Origin: Alphaproteobacteria bacterium
GTDB lineage: Bacteria > Pseudomonadota > Alphaproteobacteria > SP197
NCBI GenBank assembly: GCA_964291265.2
Contig: OZ219747.1
Location: 1,568,001 to 1,632,000, forward strand
Reading direction: 5' to 3'
Length of the DNA stretch: 64,000 nt
Shown here: positions 42,104 to 52,755 of the stretch, one piece after another
Layout: every line of letters starts with the position of its first letter
Position numbering within the stretch: the first letter of the stretch is position 1
The notes under the pieces: generated by a model
What the model was told of the DNA's origin: nothing
The model's database searches: none
The model's input: the letters and a program-made list of their open reading frames with translations, nothing else
Program-made: the position numbers and the translations under genes

Positions 42104-43870
42104 TCACCCGTAGAGAGCATCGAGGCGGGCGCCGAAGCGCTCGCGCACGACATGACGGCGGATCTTGAGGGTTGGGGTCATCAACCTGTTCTCCACCGTG
42201 AAGGGTTCCGGCGCCACCATGATGCGCCTGACCTTCTCGATGGGCGTGAGGTTTGCATTGGCGCGGTCCACGGCCTCCTTCATGGCAGTGTCGAGAGCGT
42301 CATGACCGGCGAGGACGGCGAGGTCGGCGTCAAGACCCCTTTCGCGGGCGAATTCGGCAAGCCAGGTGTCATCGGGCACCACGAGCGCCACGAGATGGGG
42401 TTGACGATCACCGTCCACCATGCACTGGGCGATCTCCGGTTCCACGTTGAGGATGCCTTCCACCCGCTGTGGTGCGATATTGTCACCCCCGGAATTGACG
42501 ATGATGTCCTTCTTGCGGTCGGTGATGCTGAGGAAACCGTCATCGTCGAATTCGCCGATATCGCCGGTATGGAGCCAGCCGTCCCTCAGCGCCTCGCCGG
42601 TGGCCTGCGGATTGTTCCAGTACCCGTCCATGAGGAGGCCGCCGGCGACGAGAACTTCTCCGTCATCGGCAATCCGGACCTCGACCTCCGGGAGAGGCCT
42701 TCCCACGCTTGCCATCCTGGTGTGCCCGGGAAGGTTGCAGGAGACCACCGGTGCCGCCTCCGTCTGGCCGTAGCCCTGGAGCAGCGTGAGGCCGAGAGCC
42801 GAAAAGAACGTTCCGACCTCCGGATTGAGGGCGGCGCCTCCCGATATCATGGCCGTGAGGCGGCCGCCGAAACGGGCGCGCACCTTGTCGCGGACGAGCT
42901 TGTCAAGCACGCGATCCTGGAGGCGTTCGATGAGGCCGAGTGACTCACCCCTGAATCGCCTTCTTCCCAGTTCGACGGCCTTCTCGAAGAGTCGTTTCTT
43001 CATGCCGCCTTCGCGGGCAATGCCGGCGAGAATGCGCTGGCGCATCACCTCGTAGAGCCTCGGGACGCAGGTCATGATGGTGGGACGCGCCTCGGGCATG
43101 TTGGTGATGAGCGTGTCGACGCCTTCGGCGTAGCGGATTTCCGCACCGATCGAGATCGGGAAGAGGAAGCCGGCGGTATGCTCGTAGGCATGCGAGAGCG
43201 GCAGGAAGGAGAGAAAGGTGTCGATGCTCGACAGCATGGGCCTGACACCCATCCAGATGCTCTTGAGGTTCGACAGCAGCGCGTGGTGGGAGAGAATGAC
43301 CCCCTTGGGGAGACCCCCCGTTCCCGATGTGTAGATCAGGCACGCCGTGTCCTTGCGTTCGAGGGCGGCGATTCGCGACTCCACCTCGGCCGTATCGTCG
43401 GCCGAGGCATCGGACCAGGGAATCACCTTGACGTCACCGATGGCCGTGACCTTGTCCATGGCGATGACGCAGGCGACATCCGCGGCGGCAGCGGCGGGAA
43501 GGAAGGTGCGGGCCAGTCCTTCACCGGAGACGAACGCCATCGTCGCGCCGCTGTCCTTCATGAGATGTTCGTGAAGTTCACGGGTGTAGGTCGTGTAGGC
43601 GGGAACGGTGATGCCGCCTGCCGACATGACGGCAAGATCGGCCATGGCCCATTCCGGCCGGTTCTCCGATGCCAGGACAACGCGGTCACCGGGTTTCAGC
43701 CCGAGAGCCACCAGTCCGGCAGCAAGCCTGCGCACGTCTCGTGCGACCCTCTCCCAACTTCGCGGGCGCCATGTGCCGTCCTCCTTGGCCCACAGGAAGG
43801 GACGGTCGGCACACTGCTCGGCCATGTCGAAGAACATGGATGGGATGCCGGACCAGCTGTCGTACCGCAT
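42104..43870 (-). CDS. Long-chain fatty acid-CoA ligase (AMP-dependent)
   Basis: YTSGTGGLPKG, FLPLSHAYE, GYGQTE, GWLHTGD, DRKKD, TPTLKIRR. Confidence 0.93.
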   Translation of the reverse strand: MRYDSWSGIPSMFFDMAEQCADRPFLWAKEDGTWRPRSWERVARDVRRLAAGLVALGLKPGDRVVLASENRPEWAMADLAVMSAGGITVPAYTTYTRELHEHLMKDSGATMAFVSGEGLARTFLPAAAAADVACVIAMDKVTAIGDVKVIPWSDASADDTAEVESRIAALERKDTACLIYTSGTGGLPKGVILSHHALLSNLKSIWMGVRPMLSSIDTFLSFLPLSHAYEHTAGFLFPISIGAEIRYAEGVDTLITNMPEARPTIMTCVPRLYEVMRQRILAGIAREGGMKKRLFEKAVELGRRRFRGESLGLIERLQDRVLDKLVRDKVRARFGGRLTAMISGGAALNPEVGTFFSALGLTLLQGYGQTEAAPVVSCNLPGHTRMASVGRPLPEVEVRIADDGEVLVAGGLLMDGYWNNPQATGEALRDGWLHTGDIGEFDDDGFLSITDRKKDIIVNSGGDNIAPQRVEGILNVEPEIAQCMVDGDRQPHLVALVVPDDTWLAEFARERGLDADLAVLAGHDALDTAMKEAVDRANANLTPIEKVRRIMVAPEPFTVENRLMTPTLKIRRHVVRERFGARLDALYG

Positions 43871-44014
43871 CGTCGCCTCCATCCGCCGGGACAGGCAGGG
43901 ATCATACCGATGCCGGCGAAGCATCGGCAAGGACAGCGAGCGATCGTCCGCGTCGGCCATGACATTGTCAGACGAGGCGCCGGAGGATAAGGATGGTGTG
44001 CCGCAACCCGAAGG

Positions 44015-45796
44015 ATGCAAGGCGTGATCGAGGCATCCACTCTCCCTCGCTGGGATCTCTCGGATCTCTATTCCGGACCGGAAGATCCGGCGATTGCTGC
44101 AACCCTCGAGAGGCTTTCCGGGGAGGCGGATGCGTTCGCCAGGGACTACCAGGGGCGGCTTCAAGGACTGTCGACTCGGGCCTTCGCCGACCTCATCGAG
44201 CGATACGCGGCCCTCGTTGAGAGCATGGGCCGCGTTGAGAGCTACGCCGACCTGCTGTTTGCCGTCAACAGGAACGATGCCGGTGTCGCCAGACTGCACC
44301 AGATGGTCCGGGAACGGCTGACGGAGGCCAACACGGCGCTGGTCTTCCTGGGGCTGGACATCAACAGGCTTGACGAGGAGACGGTGAAGCGGCTGCTCGG
44401 CGATCCGGGTATCGCACGCTACCGGACCTGGTTCGAGGCCCTGCGCAGCTTCAGGCCGCATCAACTCTCTGACGAAGCCGAGGCGATGCTCAATGAACTC
44501 TCCGTCGTGCAGGCCGGCGCCTGGGTGCGCCTCTTCGATCAGACTATCGCTTCCCTGACCTTCTCGATCGATGGCGAGGACCTGTCGGAGGCAGAGGCGC
44601 TCGACCGTCTGTCCTGGGTCGACGCCGGGGTCAGACAGCGCACGGCGCGGGAACTCGCCGATGTCTTCAACCGGAACGCCAGGCTCTTTTCCCACATCAC
44701 CAACACGCTCGCCAAGATGAAGGCGATCGAGGACGGCTGGAGGTCGTTCACCCGGCCGATTTCCTCGCGCAACGTCGCCAACCTGATTGAGGATGAGACC
44801 GTCGACGCCCTCATCGGCGCCGTGCGCGAGGCCTATCCGCGTCTGTCGCACCGCTACTACGCCCTCAAGGCCGGCTGGTTCGGCGGTGACACACTCGACT
44901 GGTGGGATCGGAATGCACCCTTGCCCGGCATGGATGAGCCTTCATATGGGTGGGACGAGGCCCGCGACATCGTGCTCGATGCCTTCGGCGGGTTCTCGTC
45001 CCGCATAGCCGGTATCGCGGCGGACTTCTTCCAGAAGCGGTGGATCGACGCACCTGTCCTGCCGGGCAAGGATGGAGGAGCGTTCTCCCACCCGACCGTC
45101 CCCGCTGCCCATCCCTACATTCTTCTCAACTACCAGGGCCGGACTCGCGACGTGATGACGCTGGCCCACGAACTCGGCCACGGCGTCCATCAGGTTCTTG
45201 CCGCACCACAGGGTCCACTGCTGGCGCCGACACCCCTGACACTCGCCGAGACGGCATCGGTGTTCGGCGAACAGCTCGCCTTCCGGCATCTCCTCGAACG
45301 CGAGCACGATCCCCGGACCCGCAGGAGAATACTCGCCGGCAAGGTCGAGGACATGCTGAACACGGTGGTGCGGCAGATTGCCTTCTGCGACTTCGAGACG
45401 AGGCTCCATGACGCCCGGGCGGAAGGCGAACTGACCCCTGACGACATCGGTGATCTGTGGATGACCACTCAGTGCGAGAGCCTGGGGCCTGCCGTGCGTC
45501 TTGACGACGACTACCGCAGTTTCTGGTGCTACATTCCGCACTTCATCCATGCTCCCTTCTATGTCTATGCCTATGCCTTCGGCGACTGTCTCGTGAACGC
45601 CCTTCACGTGCTTCATCGCCAGGGCACGACCGGTTTCGAGACGATGTTCCTGGCCATGCTGGAGGCAGGGGGAAGCAAACATCATCGCGAGCTTCTCGCA
45701 CCCTTCGGACTCGATGCGACGAAGAGGGAGTTCTGGGCAGGGGGACTCCAGACGATCAGCGACATGATCGACGAACTCGAGGCAGAGACAGCGTGA
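44015..45796 (+). CDS. pepF: M3-family oligoendopeptidase F
   Basis: HELGH zinc motif, AETAS, HFIHAPFYVYAY. Confidence 0.92.
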   Translation: MQGVIEASTLPRWDLSDLYSGPEDPAIAATLERLSGEADAFARDYQGRLQGLSTRAFADLIERYAALVESMGRVESYADLLFAVNRNDAGVARLHQMVRERLTEANTALVFLGLDINRLDEETVKRLLGDPGIARYRTWFEALRSFRPHQLSDEAEAMLNELSVVQAGAWVRLFDQTIASLTFSIDGEDLSEAEALDRLSWVDAGVRQRTARELADVFNRNARLFSHITNTLAKMKAIEDGWRSFTRPISSRNVANLIEDETVDALIGAVREAYPRLSHRYYALKAGWFGGDTLDWWDRNAPLPGMDEPSYGWDEARDIVLDAFGGFSSRIAGIAADFFQKRWIDAPVLPGKDGGAFSHPTVPAAHPYILLNYQGRTRDVMTLAHELGHGVHQVLAAPQGPLLAPTPLTLAETASVFGEQLAFRHLLEREHDPRTRRRILAGKVEDMLNTVVRQIAFCDFETRLHDARAEGELTPDDIGDLWMTTQCESLGPAVRLDDDYRSFWCYIPHFIHAPFYVYAYAFGDCLVNALHVLHRQGTTGFETMFLAMLEAGGSKHHRELLAPFGLDATKREFWAGGLQTISDMIDELEAETA

Positions 45797-47199
45797 CCGA
45801 CAGGGGCCTCAAGGACACCAACCGGTTGACCGGGCGGGCGGCGCGCTACGCGAAAGTCGGCGCAGCGGTCGGCCGCGTCGGCGCCAGGGCCATGACCGGG
45901 CGCGTCCTGGGAAGCCGTTCGGACAATGTCGAGATGGCGGTCAATCTCAAGAACGCGCTGGGCGGACTGAAGGGGCCGCTGATGAAGGTGGCGCAACTTC
46001 TGGCCACCATTCCTGATGTCCTGCCGCCGGAGTACGCCACGGAACTCGCCAAGCTGCAGGTCAACGCGCCGGCCATGGGGTGGCCGTTCGTACGCCGGCG
46101 GATGGCCGGTGAACTCGGCGCTGACTGGCAGGAGAAATTCACGTCCTTCGACCGCCAGGCATCGGCCGCCGCGTCGCTTGGCCAGGTGCACCGGGCGACC
46201 ACACCGGACGGCGTCGAGCGGGCCTGCAAACTCCAGTATCCCGACATGCAGTCGGCGGTGGAGGCGGATCTGAAGCAACTGAAGGTGCTGTTCGCGCTCT
46301 ATCACCGCTACGACAGGGCGATCGATCCAAGCCGGGTCTACGAGGAGATATCCGAGCGCTTGAGGGAAGAGCTCGACTACCGCCTGGAAGCGCGCCACCA
46401 GCGGCTCTACCGCGCCATCCTGGCGCAGCAGTCCAGGATCAATGTCCCGGCCGTCATCGACGAGCTATCCAGCGACCGCCTGATCACCATGGACTGGATC
46501 GAGGGGGTGCCGCTGATGTCGATGACCGAAGCCGACGCCGGGTCAAGAAACGAGATCGCGATGTCGATGTTCCTAGCCTGGTACGAGCCGTTCTACGGCT
46601 ACGGCGTCATCCACGGGGACCCCCATCCGGGCAACTACAAGGTGCGGCCCGACATGGGCATTCACCTGCTCGATTTCGGCTGCATCCGCATCTTTCCTCC
46701 ACGCTTCGTGACCGGAGTGATCAATCTCTATCACGCGCTCGGCAACGACGATCGCGATCTTGCCGTTCACGCCTACGAGACCTGGGGGTTCACGGGCCTC
46801 AGCGGCGAGGTGATCGATACCCTCAACATGTGGGCTGCCTTCGTCTACGCGCCCCTTCTCGAGAACCGGCCGCGGGTCATCCAGGACGAGGGGTCGCGCT
46901 ACGGGGCCCGGGTGGCATCGAAGGTCCATGCGCGCCTGAGGGAGCTGGGTGGGGTCACCGTGCCGCGGGAGTTCGTGTTCATGGACCGTGCCGCTCTTGG
47001 ATTGGGCAGCATCTTTCTTCATCTCAAGGCCGAAGTGAACTGGCACCGTGTCTTCCACAACCTCATCGACGGTTACCGGGAAGAGGATCTCGCCCGCCGC
47101 CAGACCCGAGCACTGGCCTCGGTCGGTCTGGGGGAGGGAGTGTCCCCGGCATTTGCCGAGGCAGCCGGAAACGCTGCGGGTCAGCAGATGCTTCCATGA
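45793..47199 (+). CDS. ABC1/UbiB/AarF family atypical kinase
   Basis: LKGPLMKVAQ, AAASLGQVH, KLQYP, EELDY, HGDPHPGN, LDFGC. Confidence 0.92.
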   Translation: MTDRGLKDTNRLTGRAARYAKVGAAVGRVGARAMTGRVLGSRSDNVEMAVNLKNALGGLKGPLMKVAQLLATIPDVLPPEYATELAKLQVNAPAMGWPFVRRRMAGELGADWQEKFTSFDRQASAAASLGQVHRATTPDGVERACKLQYPDMQSAVEADLKQLKVLFALYHRYDRAIDPSRVYEEISERLREELDYRLEARHQRLYRAILAQQSRINVPAVIDELSSDRLITMDWIEGVPLMSMTEADAGSRNEIAMSMFLAWYEPFYGYGVIHGDPHPGNYKVRPDMGIHLLDFGCIRIFPPRFVTGVINLYHALGNDDRDLAVHAYETWGFTGLSGEVIDTLNMWAAFVYAPLLENRPRVIQDEGSRYGARVASKVHARLRELGGVTVPREFVFMDRAALGLGSIFLHLKAEVNWHRVFHNLIDGYREEDLARRQTRALASVGLGEGVSPAFAEAAGNAAGQQMLP

Positions 47200-47272
47200 T
47201 CCGTTCGCCGTCTGCACCGACGGCAGACAGACCGCTCATCGAACATGACCGCCCAGCAGGCAGGTCGCCCGG

Positions 47273-48955
47273 TCACGCGATCCATTCGCTCACGGGTGCC
47301 GCGCTCTCTTCAAGCGGCTGGGCGATGATATCGAGGAGCGCCGGTCCATCGTGATGCAGCAGGTCCTTGAGGGCGCCTTCGAGGTCACGCGATTCCGTCA
47401 CCCGCCGGGCCTTGATGCCGAAGGCTGCGGCAACGGCAGCATGATCCGTCGCCATGAAGTCGACACCGAAATAACGGCCGTTGAAGGAGGCCTTCTGGCC
47501 TGCCTTGATCCAGCCGAAGCCGGCGTTGGAAAGGACGATGAAGAGAATCGGCAGGCCAAGGCGCCGGACGGTCTCGAGTTCCCCTGCACTCATGGCAAAG
47601 CTGCCGTCTCCCATGACGGCCACGACCTGTCTTTCGGGCTGGGCAACGGCGGCGCCGATGGCCGCAGCGAGGGCGTATCCCAGTGCGCCATGAGCGCGGT
47701 TGGTGATGATGGAGCGGCCCGGCACGCGCACCTCGAAGTACGCCGCAACATAGGGGCAGGGCGTCCCGGCATCGGCGCACACGATGACATCGTCCGGCAG
47801 GGCGCGGCGCATCTCGACCATGATCCGTTCCGGCCGGATCGGTGCTCCGTCGCCCGGTCGTGCGAGTTGGCGTCTTCGCGCTTCCCGCACCGAGCGGGCG
47901 AGGCGGGCGCCGTGGTTGCGGACCGGTCCGTCGATGACCTCGAGCAATGCTTCCAGGGCGAGGCGGGCGTCGCCGTGAAGCGCCGCATCGCAGGCATAGT
48001 TGGCGCCGATCACGCCGGCATCGACATCGATGTGGATGGTCCGGGTTCCGGGATGCGGGAACTGCCAGCGTTCCGTGGTGACGGAGCCGGCGCGACAGCC
48101 GATGAAAAGGACGCAGTCGGCCTCGGCGACCGCGGCCCGCGTGGCCGGTATGCCGCCGTTGGATCCGACCACACCGAGTGACAGGGGATGGGTTTCGGCA
48201 AGGCTGCCCTTGCCGCTCACCGTGGTGGCCACCGCCATCCCGGTCCGCTCCGCCAGTGCGCCGAGGGCGTCCATGGCGCCGGACAGCAGGACCCCGCCAC
48301 CGCAGATCGCCAGGGGCCGTTCGGCACCGGCGACGATCGCGGCGGCACGCTCCGTCTCGCTGGCTGCCGGTGCTCCGGGGCGGCGATCGGACCGGGGGTC
48401 CGCCCGGATGCCGTCCGCCGGCACCGGCGCCTGCTGGACATCGAAGGGAAGCGATAGGTGAACGGCGCCCGGACGCCCGCTCGACGCCTCGCGAAAGGCC
48501 CGGCGGACGCCACGCGGCAGGGCGGCGCCTTCGTCGAGGATCGCGTTCCACTTGGTGACGGGCCGAAAGAGAGCTTCCTGATCGAGTTCCGTGAGGGTGA
48601 ACCGGCCGCGTGACGAGCGGGCGACGTCGCTGGTGATGGCCACCAGGGGGATCGCGCTTTCCTGGGCTTCGACGACTCCGGGAAGAATGTAGGTGGCGCC
48701 TCCGCCTGACGGTCCTTCGCAGACACCGACCCGGTCCGTGAGCTTGGCATAGGCGTCGGCCATGTAGGCGGCGTGACGTTCGTCGCGGACGAGAACATGG
48801 CTGATCGCATGATCAAGGCGAGCGAGAGCATCGTAGAAGGGAAGCGAGGTATCGCCGCACAGACCGAAGATGTGCCGCACGCCATGGAGCTCGAGCAGGC
48901 GCACCAGCGCCTCGGCGCCGTTGGGTTCGTTGCCTGATCCCGTGGTTCCCTGCAT
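47273..48955 (-). CDS. Thiamine-pyrophosphate-dependent enzyme (acetolactate synthase large-subunit-like)
   Basis: FGLCGD, RDERHAAYMADAYA, RPGAVHL, GDGSF...N TPP motif. Confidence 0.9.
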   Translation of the reverse strand: MQGTTGSGNEPNGAEALVRLLELHGVRHIFGLCGDTSLPFYDALARLDHAISHVLVRDERHAAYMADAYAKLTDRVGVCEGPSGGGATYILPGVVEAQESAIPLVAITSDVARSSRGRFTLTELDQEALFRPVTKWNAILDEGAALPRGVRRAFREASSGRPGAVHLSLPFDVQQAPVPADGIRADPRSDRRPGAPAASETERAAAIVAGAERPLAICGGGVLLSGAMDALGALAERTGMAVATTVSGKGSLAETHPLSLGVVGSNGGIPATRAAVAEADCVLFIGCRAGSVTTERWQFPHPGTRTIHIDVDAGVIGANYACDAALHGDARLALEALLEVIDGPVRNHGARLARSVREARRRQLARPGDGAPIRPERIMVEMRRALPDDVIVCADAGTPCPYVAAYFEVRVPGRSIITNRAHGALGYALAAAIGAAVAQPERQVVAVMGDGSFAMSAGELETVRRLGLPILFIVLSNAGFGWIKAGQKASFNGRYFGVDFMATDHAAVAAAFGIKARRVTESRDLEGALKDLLHHDGPALLDIIAQPLEESAAPVSEWIA

Positions 48956-48999
48956 CCTTGCCACGGTCCCGAAAATTCCGGGAACGTCAAGCACCGGAG

Positions 49000-49661
49000 G
49001 AGGGCGGTGATCGTCCAGGGGGCAAGGCCGTTTACGGGGCGGCTCCGGGTTCCCGCGCATTCCGGGCGACATGGGCCATGCCGGCACCTGGCCCTTTCCG
49101 GTGCTCTACCGGGTCGTGCGCGGCGCCTCGCCGGACCGGATGGTGCGGCACGACGCACCGGTTCTTTTCGAGGCCTTTCTCGCCGCCGGAAGAGAACCGG
49201 TGCGCGACGGAGCGGACGCCATCACCACCAATCGCGGCTTCCTCTCCGTCCTCCAGGAGCCTCTGGCGCGCCGTCTCGACGTTCCGGTCGCCGCGTCGTC
49301 CCTGATGCAGGTGCCGCTTGTGGCTGCCACCCTGCCGCCGCAACGGACCGTCGGCATCGTCAGCGTCTCGAAAGAATCGCTGACCCCCCGCGCACCTCGC
49401 TGCAGACGGCGCCCTTGCCGGGACCCTGCTCGGCAATCGCCCGGAGCTCGATGTCGCGGCAGCCCGCACGGAGGTGGTCGGGCGGCGATGGACCTGAAAC
49501 GCACCGTGCCCGGCCTTGGCGCCGTGGTGTTGGAATGCACGAACATGGACCCCTATGCCGCCGATATCCGCAAGGTCACCGGAGTGCTGGTCCACTCGAT
49601 CAGGACCTGCATGGCGTGGTTTCGCGTGTCCCTGGAACCAGCGCACTTCGCCCCGGCATGA
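49000..49661 (+). pseudogene. Asp/Glu/hydantoin racemase-family remnant
   Basis: GDMGHAGTWPFPVLYRVVRGASP, AITTNRGF, VVLECTNM; N-terminus missing, internal frame disruption. Confidence 0.7.
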
Positions 49662-49970
49662 AGGGCCTGGAACCCCGTGCCGGATCCCTCATTGCCCCTG
49701 GAGGTCCGCGAGGTTCATCCGCATCTCAAGCGTCCGGCCGACGTTTCGGTGCGGATGGCGCGATCATCCCGGGGGCCGCCAGGGAGGTATTCGGGCACGG
49801 CATCGCGTCCATCTGCCATGGCCGCCCCGCACCGGCATCCCCAGAAGATATCCTGAGCGGCCCGGGCAGGGAGGTGGACCATGCATCGGCCGGTCGCACG
49901 ATCCTCCCTCGGTCGATTCCGTCCGGCCTCGCTCGATGCTTGCGTGCACCCGAAGCCGGATGACGGGCGA

Positions 49971-50615
49971 TCAGTCGTCCTGGACCCGGTCGTGGACCTG
50001 GCGGCGGGGTTTCTCGAAGACCCGGTTGAGCGCAGGCATGAAGGCCTTGAGCGGCATGGTGTCGTAGGCCGGGTCGAAGGCAGCCTGGTCATAGTCGTCG
50101 CAGAACCGCCGGCAGGCCTCGAAGTGGGGGTGACCCCGCAGCGACTCCCTTGCGTGCCTGTCTCCACCGAGATGGTGGAAGAAATGATAGCCCTGGAACA
50201 TCTCGTGGTGCTTGACGATCCAGTAGACCTGGGGCCGCACGTAGGGCTTGAGAACCGCGGCACAGAATTCGCCGTGGTTGTCGCGGGCAAAGAAGTCGCC
50301 GATATCGTGAAGCAGGGCGGCAGCGATGATCTCGTCATCGTCGTCGTGTCCGTCACGCCAGGCGCGGCTGGCGGTTTGCAGGCTGTGTTCGTAGCGGTCG
50401 ACGGGATAGACGTGATCGGGCGCACGCAGCATGTCGAGATGTTCGAGGCACAGCTCCAGAACCCGGGAAGGTTCATGAGCTCCGTACTTTTCGATCGCAG
50501 CCCAGTCCTCGACCGTCGACTCCTCGAAACAGGTGAATGTCGCCTTCTTCCTGATGGGTCCGCCCTCGGCAATGAGGTCGTGGGCGGTCCTGCGCCGTTC
50601 CGCAACGAGGGTCAT
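49971..50615 (-). CDS. HD-domain metal-dependent phosphohydrolase/oxygenase
   Basis: HSLQTA, ALLHDIGD, NH, HHEMFQG, DQAAFDP. Confidence 0.85.
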   Translation of the reverse strand: MTLVAERRRTAHDLIAEGGPIRKKATFTCFEESTVEDWAAIEKYGAHEPSRVLELCLEHLDMLRAPDHVYPVDRYEHSLQTASRAWRDGHDDDDEIIAAALLHDIGDFFARDNHGEFCAAVLKPYVRPQVYWIVKHHEMFQGYHFFHHLGGDRHARESLRGHPHFEACRRFCDDYDQAAFDPAYDTMPLKAFMPALNRVFEKPRRQVHDRVQDD

Positions 50616-50989
50616 GGGGTGGACTCCCGGTGTTCGTGTGGATGCTCATCATGAAACGCCACGGGACTGTCTGTCCACCCAGTTCGCCGAGCGTTACTCC
50701 GGACACATGACTGCTGGTGGCCTGGCAAGGATGCGTCGATTGCGGTCATAGATCGGACACTCTGACCTGATCACCTGAGGTGGTATGTCGCATATCCCAG
50801 GAAATCCACTGTTTTCCCGTGTTTCCGGCTGTTCCGGTGCGGATCTTGCTGAACAGGTGGTGACGGGAACATCCAGTACGTGACGTTCCGCCATGAGCCT
50901 GTCATGACGCCCTGCCCGCCGTTCCAGGGCGCCGATGCCACACGACACGGGTCGCGCCGTTGCCGGCGAGTGACCGCGCGGTCACGCCG

Positions 50990-51225
50990 GGGCCGTCGTC
51001 ACAGCACAAGCAGGCCAACTGGTGGAATGTTGCCGGGTGCAAGCTCCGGCAGGAAGAGAGATGAACCACCACTTTCTCCGTGAACCATGCGTCGGGCGTC
51101 GTAAGGCGAAGCGTTGGTGAGCGGCAGGCGTGGGCCGGGCCATTGAGCCACGAAATGCAGTGAAACCGGAGTGCCGAGGTCGTCCGCTTGGCCGAAGGCA
51201 ACACCCTCGGAGTCGCGTTGGCGAG
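50990..51225 (+). ncRNA. Probable group II intron 5' fragment (domain I region)
   Basis: GCCGGGTGCAAGCTCCGGC, GAACCATGCGTC..GCGAAGCGTTGG, GGCCGGGCCATTGAGCCACGAAAT, GAGTGCCGAGG..CGAAGGCAACAC resemble bacterial group II domain I motifs; no RT ORF or domain V found. Confidence 0.6.
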
Positions 51226-51251
51226 GCAAGCAGGGGCTCGGCGGGGTCCGA

Positions 51252-51394
51252 GAGTTTGTTCCTTATGTCGTCGCTATGCCTATACTGCGCTTAGGTTGGT
51301 CTCAGCCCAAGCCATGGTACCTGACTACATGTGGTATTGTGTATCCAACAGAATACCATGATTCGTGATCACCCGCGACTTTAGGAACAAATTC
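51252..51394. mobile_element. MITE family B directly upstream of mukF
   Basis: TIR GAGTTTGTTCCTTATGTCG / rc GAATTTGTTCCTAAAGTCG; homologous to 33583-33716. Confidence 0.7.
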
Positions 51395-51396
51395 AC

Positions 51397-52755
51397 ATGC
51401 CTCGACATCGCTCATCGGCAACGGGGCACAACGACGAAAGAATGAACGTGTCAGTGGATTCATCCCGGCTTGTCGCTTCGCTGCACCATCTCGGGGCCGC
51501 GCTCGATCTCAAGACAATCGATCTCTGCTTCCTCGCTGCCCTCTACGCCCGGGGCAACCAGCAGGGCCTCAGCGCCCTGGAAGACGAAGACATGGTCGCC
51601 GTGTTCGAGCAGGTCTGCGACCTCGTCGAGCCCGGCGCCGAAAACCCGCGCAGACGGGCGACGCTCGCTATCCAGCGTCTGCGCGAACAGGGTCTCCTCG
51701 CCCGCATCGACGGCGATGGACTGGCCCGGCCCGGTGATTACAGCCTGACGCTCCTGTCCACCGGCATCGTCGAGTTCTTCATTGCCGATAGCCGCGACAT
51801 TCTCGACAGGGACTCCCTCGACCTCCTCACCGGCCAGGTCATAGCCGCTCTCACCGAGGTCCTGAGCGCAGCCCGCCAAGCGCGGACCGGCCAGGAGCGG
51901 GCCGATGCCGTCGTCGGTCCGCTCCGAATCACTGTCAGGGACCTGGTGACGGGCATCGACCGCCGCCAGCGTGGCCTGGAACGCCAGCAGGAGGACCTCA
52001 AGGCCCGCATTTCCGACCTGCTGGCCAAGGACTGGTTCGCGGCCATAGATGAATGCGAGGGTCTGCTCTCGGATTCCGCCAGAGCCCTCGCCGAACTGAA
52101 GACAGTGCTGCTCAGCCGGGTCCACCAGATGCAGGGCCTTCTCCAGGACATCGAACAGGTGGCCGAAGACCAGGACTTCCCCGGAGCCGCCCAGGAGGCC
52201 CAGGAGGTCGCCAGCCATCTCGACCGCATCGCGGCCTGGGGCAATGCCCGCCAGAAGTCCTGGTCCGACTATTACGAGTACATCCATGGCTATCTGCGCG
52301 ATGTCGTGCGCCTGGACCCAGACCGGGCCCTCAGCGAACGCCTGCGCGACCAGGTTGCCGGCTGGCCAGGCAACCGGTTCTTTCTGATCATCCCGCAGCC
52401 GCAGCCCATGCGGGTCCTGCGCGATATGGAGACCCGTATTGAGCGGCCGCCGGTCGTCCGCCCGAGCAAGGACCGCGAGGCCGACCTCGACGACGTGCCG
52501 GACGGCCCGGACCCCGCCGAAATCGTGCAACGGGCCACCGACGCCCTTGCCCGATCACCGGACACGCTCGCAAGCGTGGTGCGCGAGGTCCTGGCCGGGC
52601 TCGACGAGAACCGGCGCTACCCGGCGATTGGAGAGGTCGCAGCCCTGGTCGCAGAGCGTGCCGCGCTGCCGCCCGGCAAGGACCGCCCGTGGGTGACGCT
52701 ACCCGGCGGATACGAGATCGAGGACTGGCCACTGCGCCGGGAGGCCGGGAAATGA
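51397..52755 (+). CDS. mukF: MukF-like kleisin (JetA equivalent)
   Basis: LDLKTIDLCFLAAL, AIQRLREQGLLARID, IDRRQRGLERQQ, DWFAAIDECEGLL, LDRIAAWG, HGYLRDVVRLD..RALSERLR; the true start may be 51441. Confidence 0.88.
   Translation: MPRHRSSATGHNDERMNVSVDSSRLVASLHHLGAALDLKTIDLCFLAALYARGNQQGLSALEDEDMVAVFEQVCDLVEPGAENPRRRATLAIQRLREQGLLARIDGDGLARPGDYSLTLLSTGIVEFFIADSRDILDRDSLDLLTGQVIAALTEVLSAARQARTGQERADAVVGPLRITVRDLVTGIDRRQRGLERQQEDLKARISDLLAKDWFAAIDECEGLLSDSARALAELKTVLLSRVHQMQGLLQDIEQVAEDQDFPGAAQEAQEVASHLDRIAAWGNARQKSWSDYYEYIHGYLRDVVRLDPDRALSERLRDQVAGWPGNRFFLIIPQPQPMRVLRDMETRIERPPVVRPSKDREADLDDVPDGPDPAEIVQRATDALARSPDTLASVVREVLAGLDENRRYPAIGEVAALVAERAALPPGKDRPWVTLPGGYEIEDWPLRREAGK

Noticed and set aside
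50682-50800. Possible IS ends (rc GTAACGCTCGGCGAAC; TGTCGCATATCCC)
   Set aside because: No partner end, TSD or transposase found
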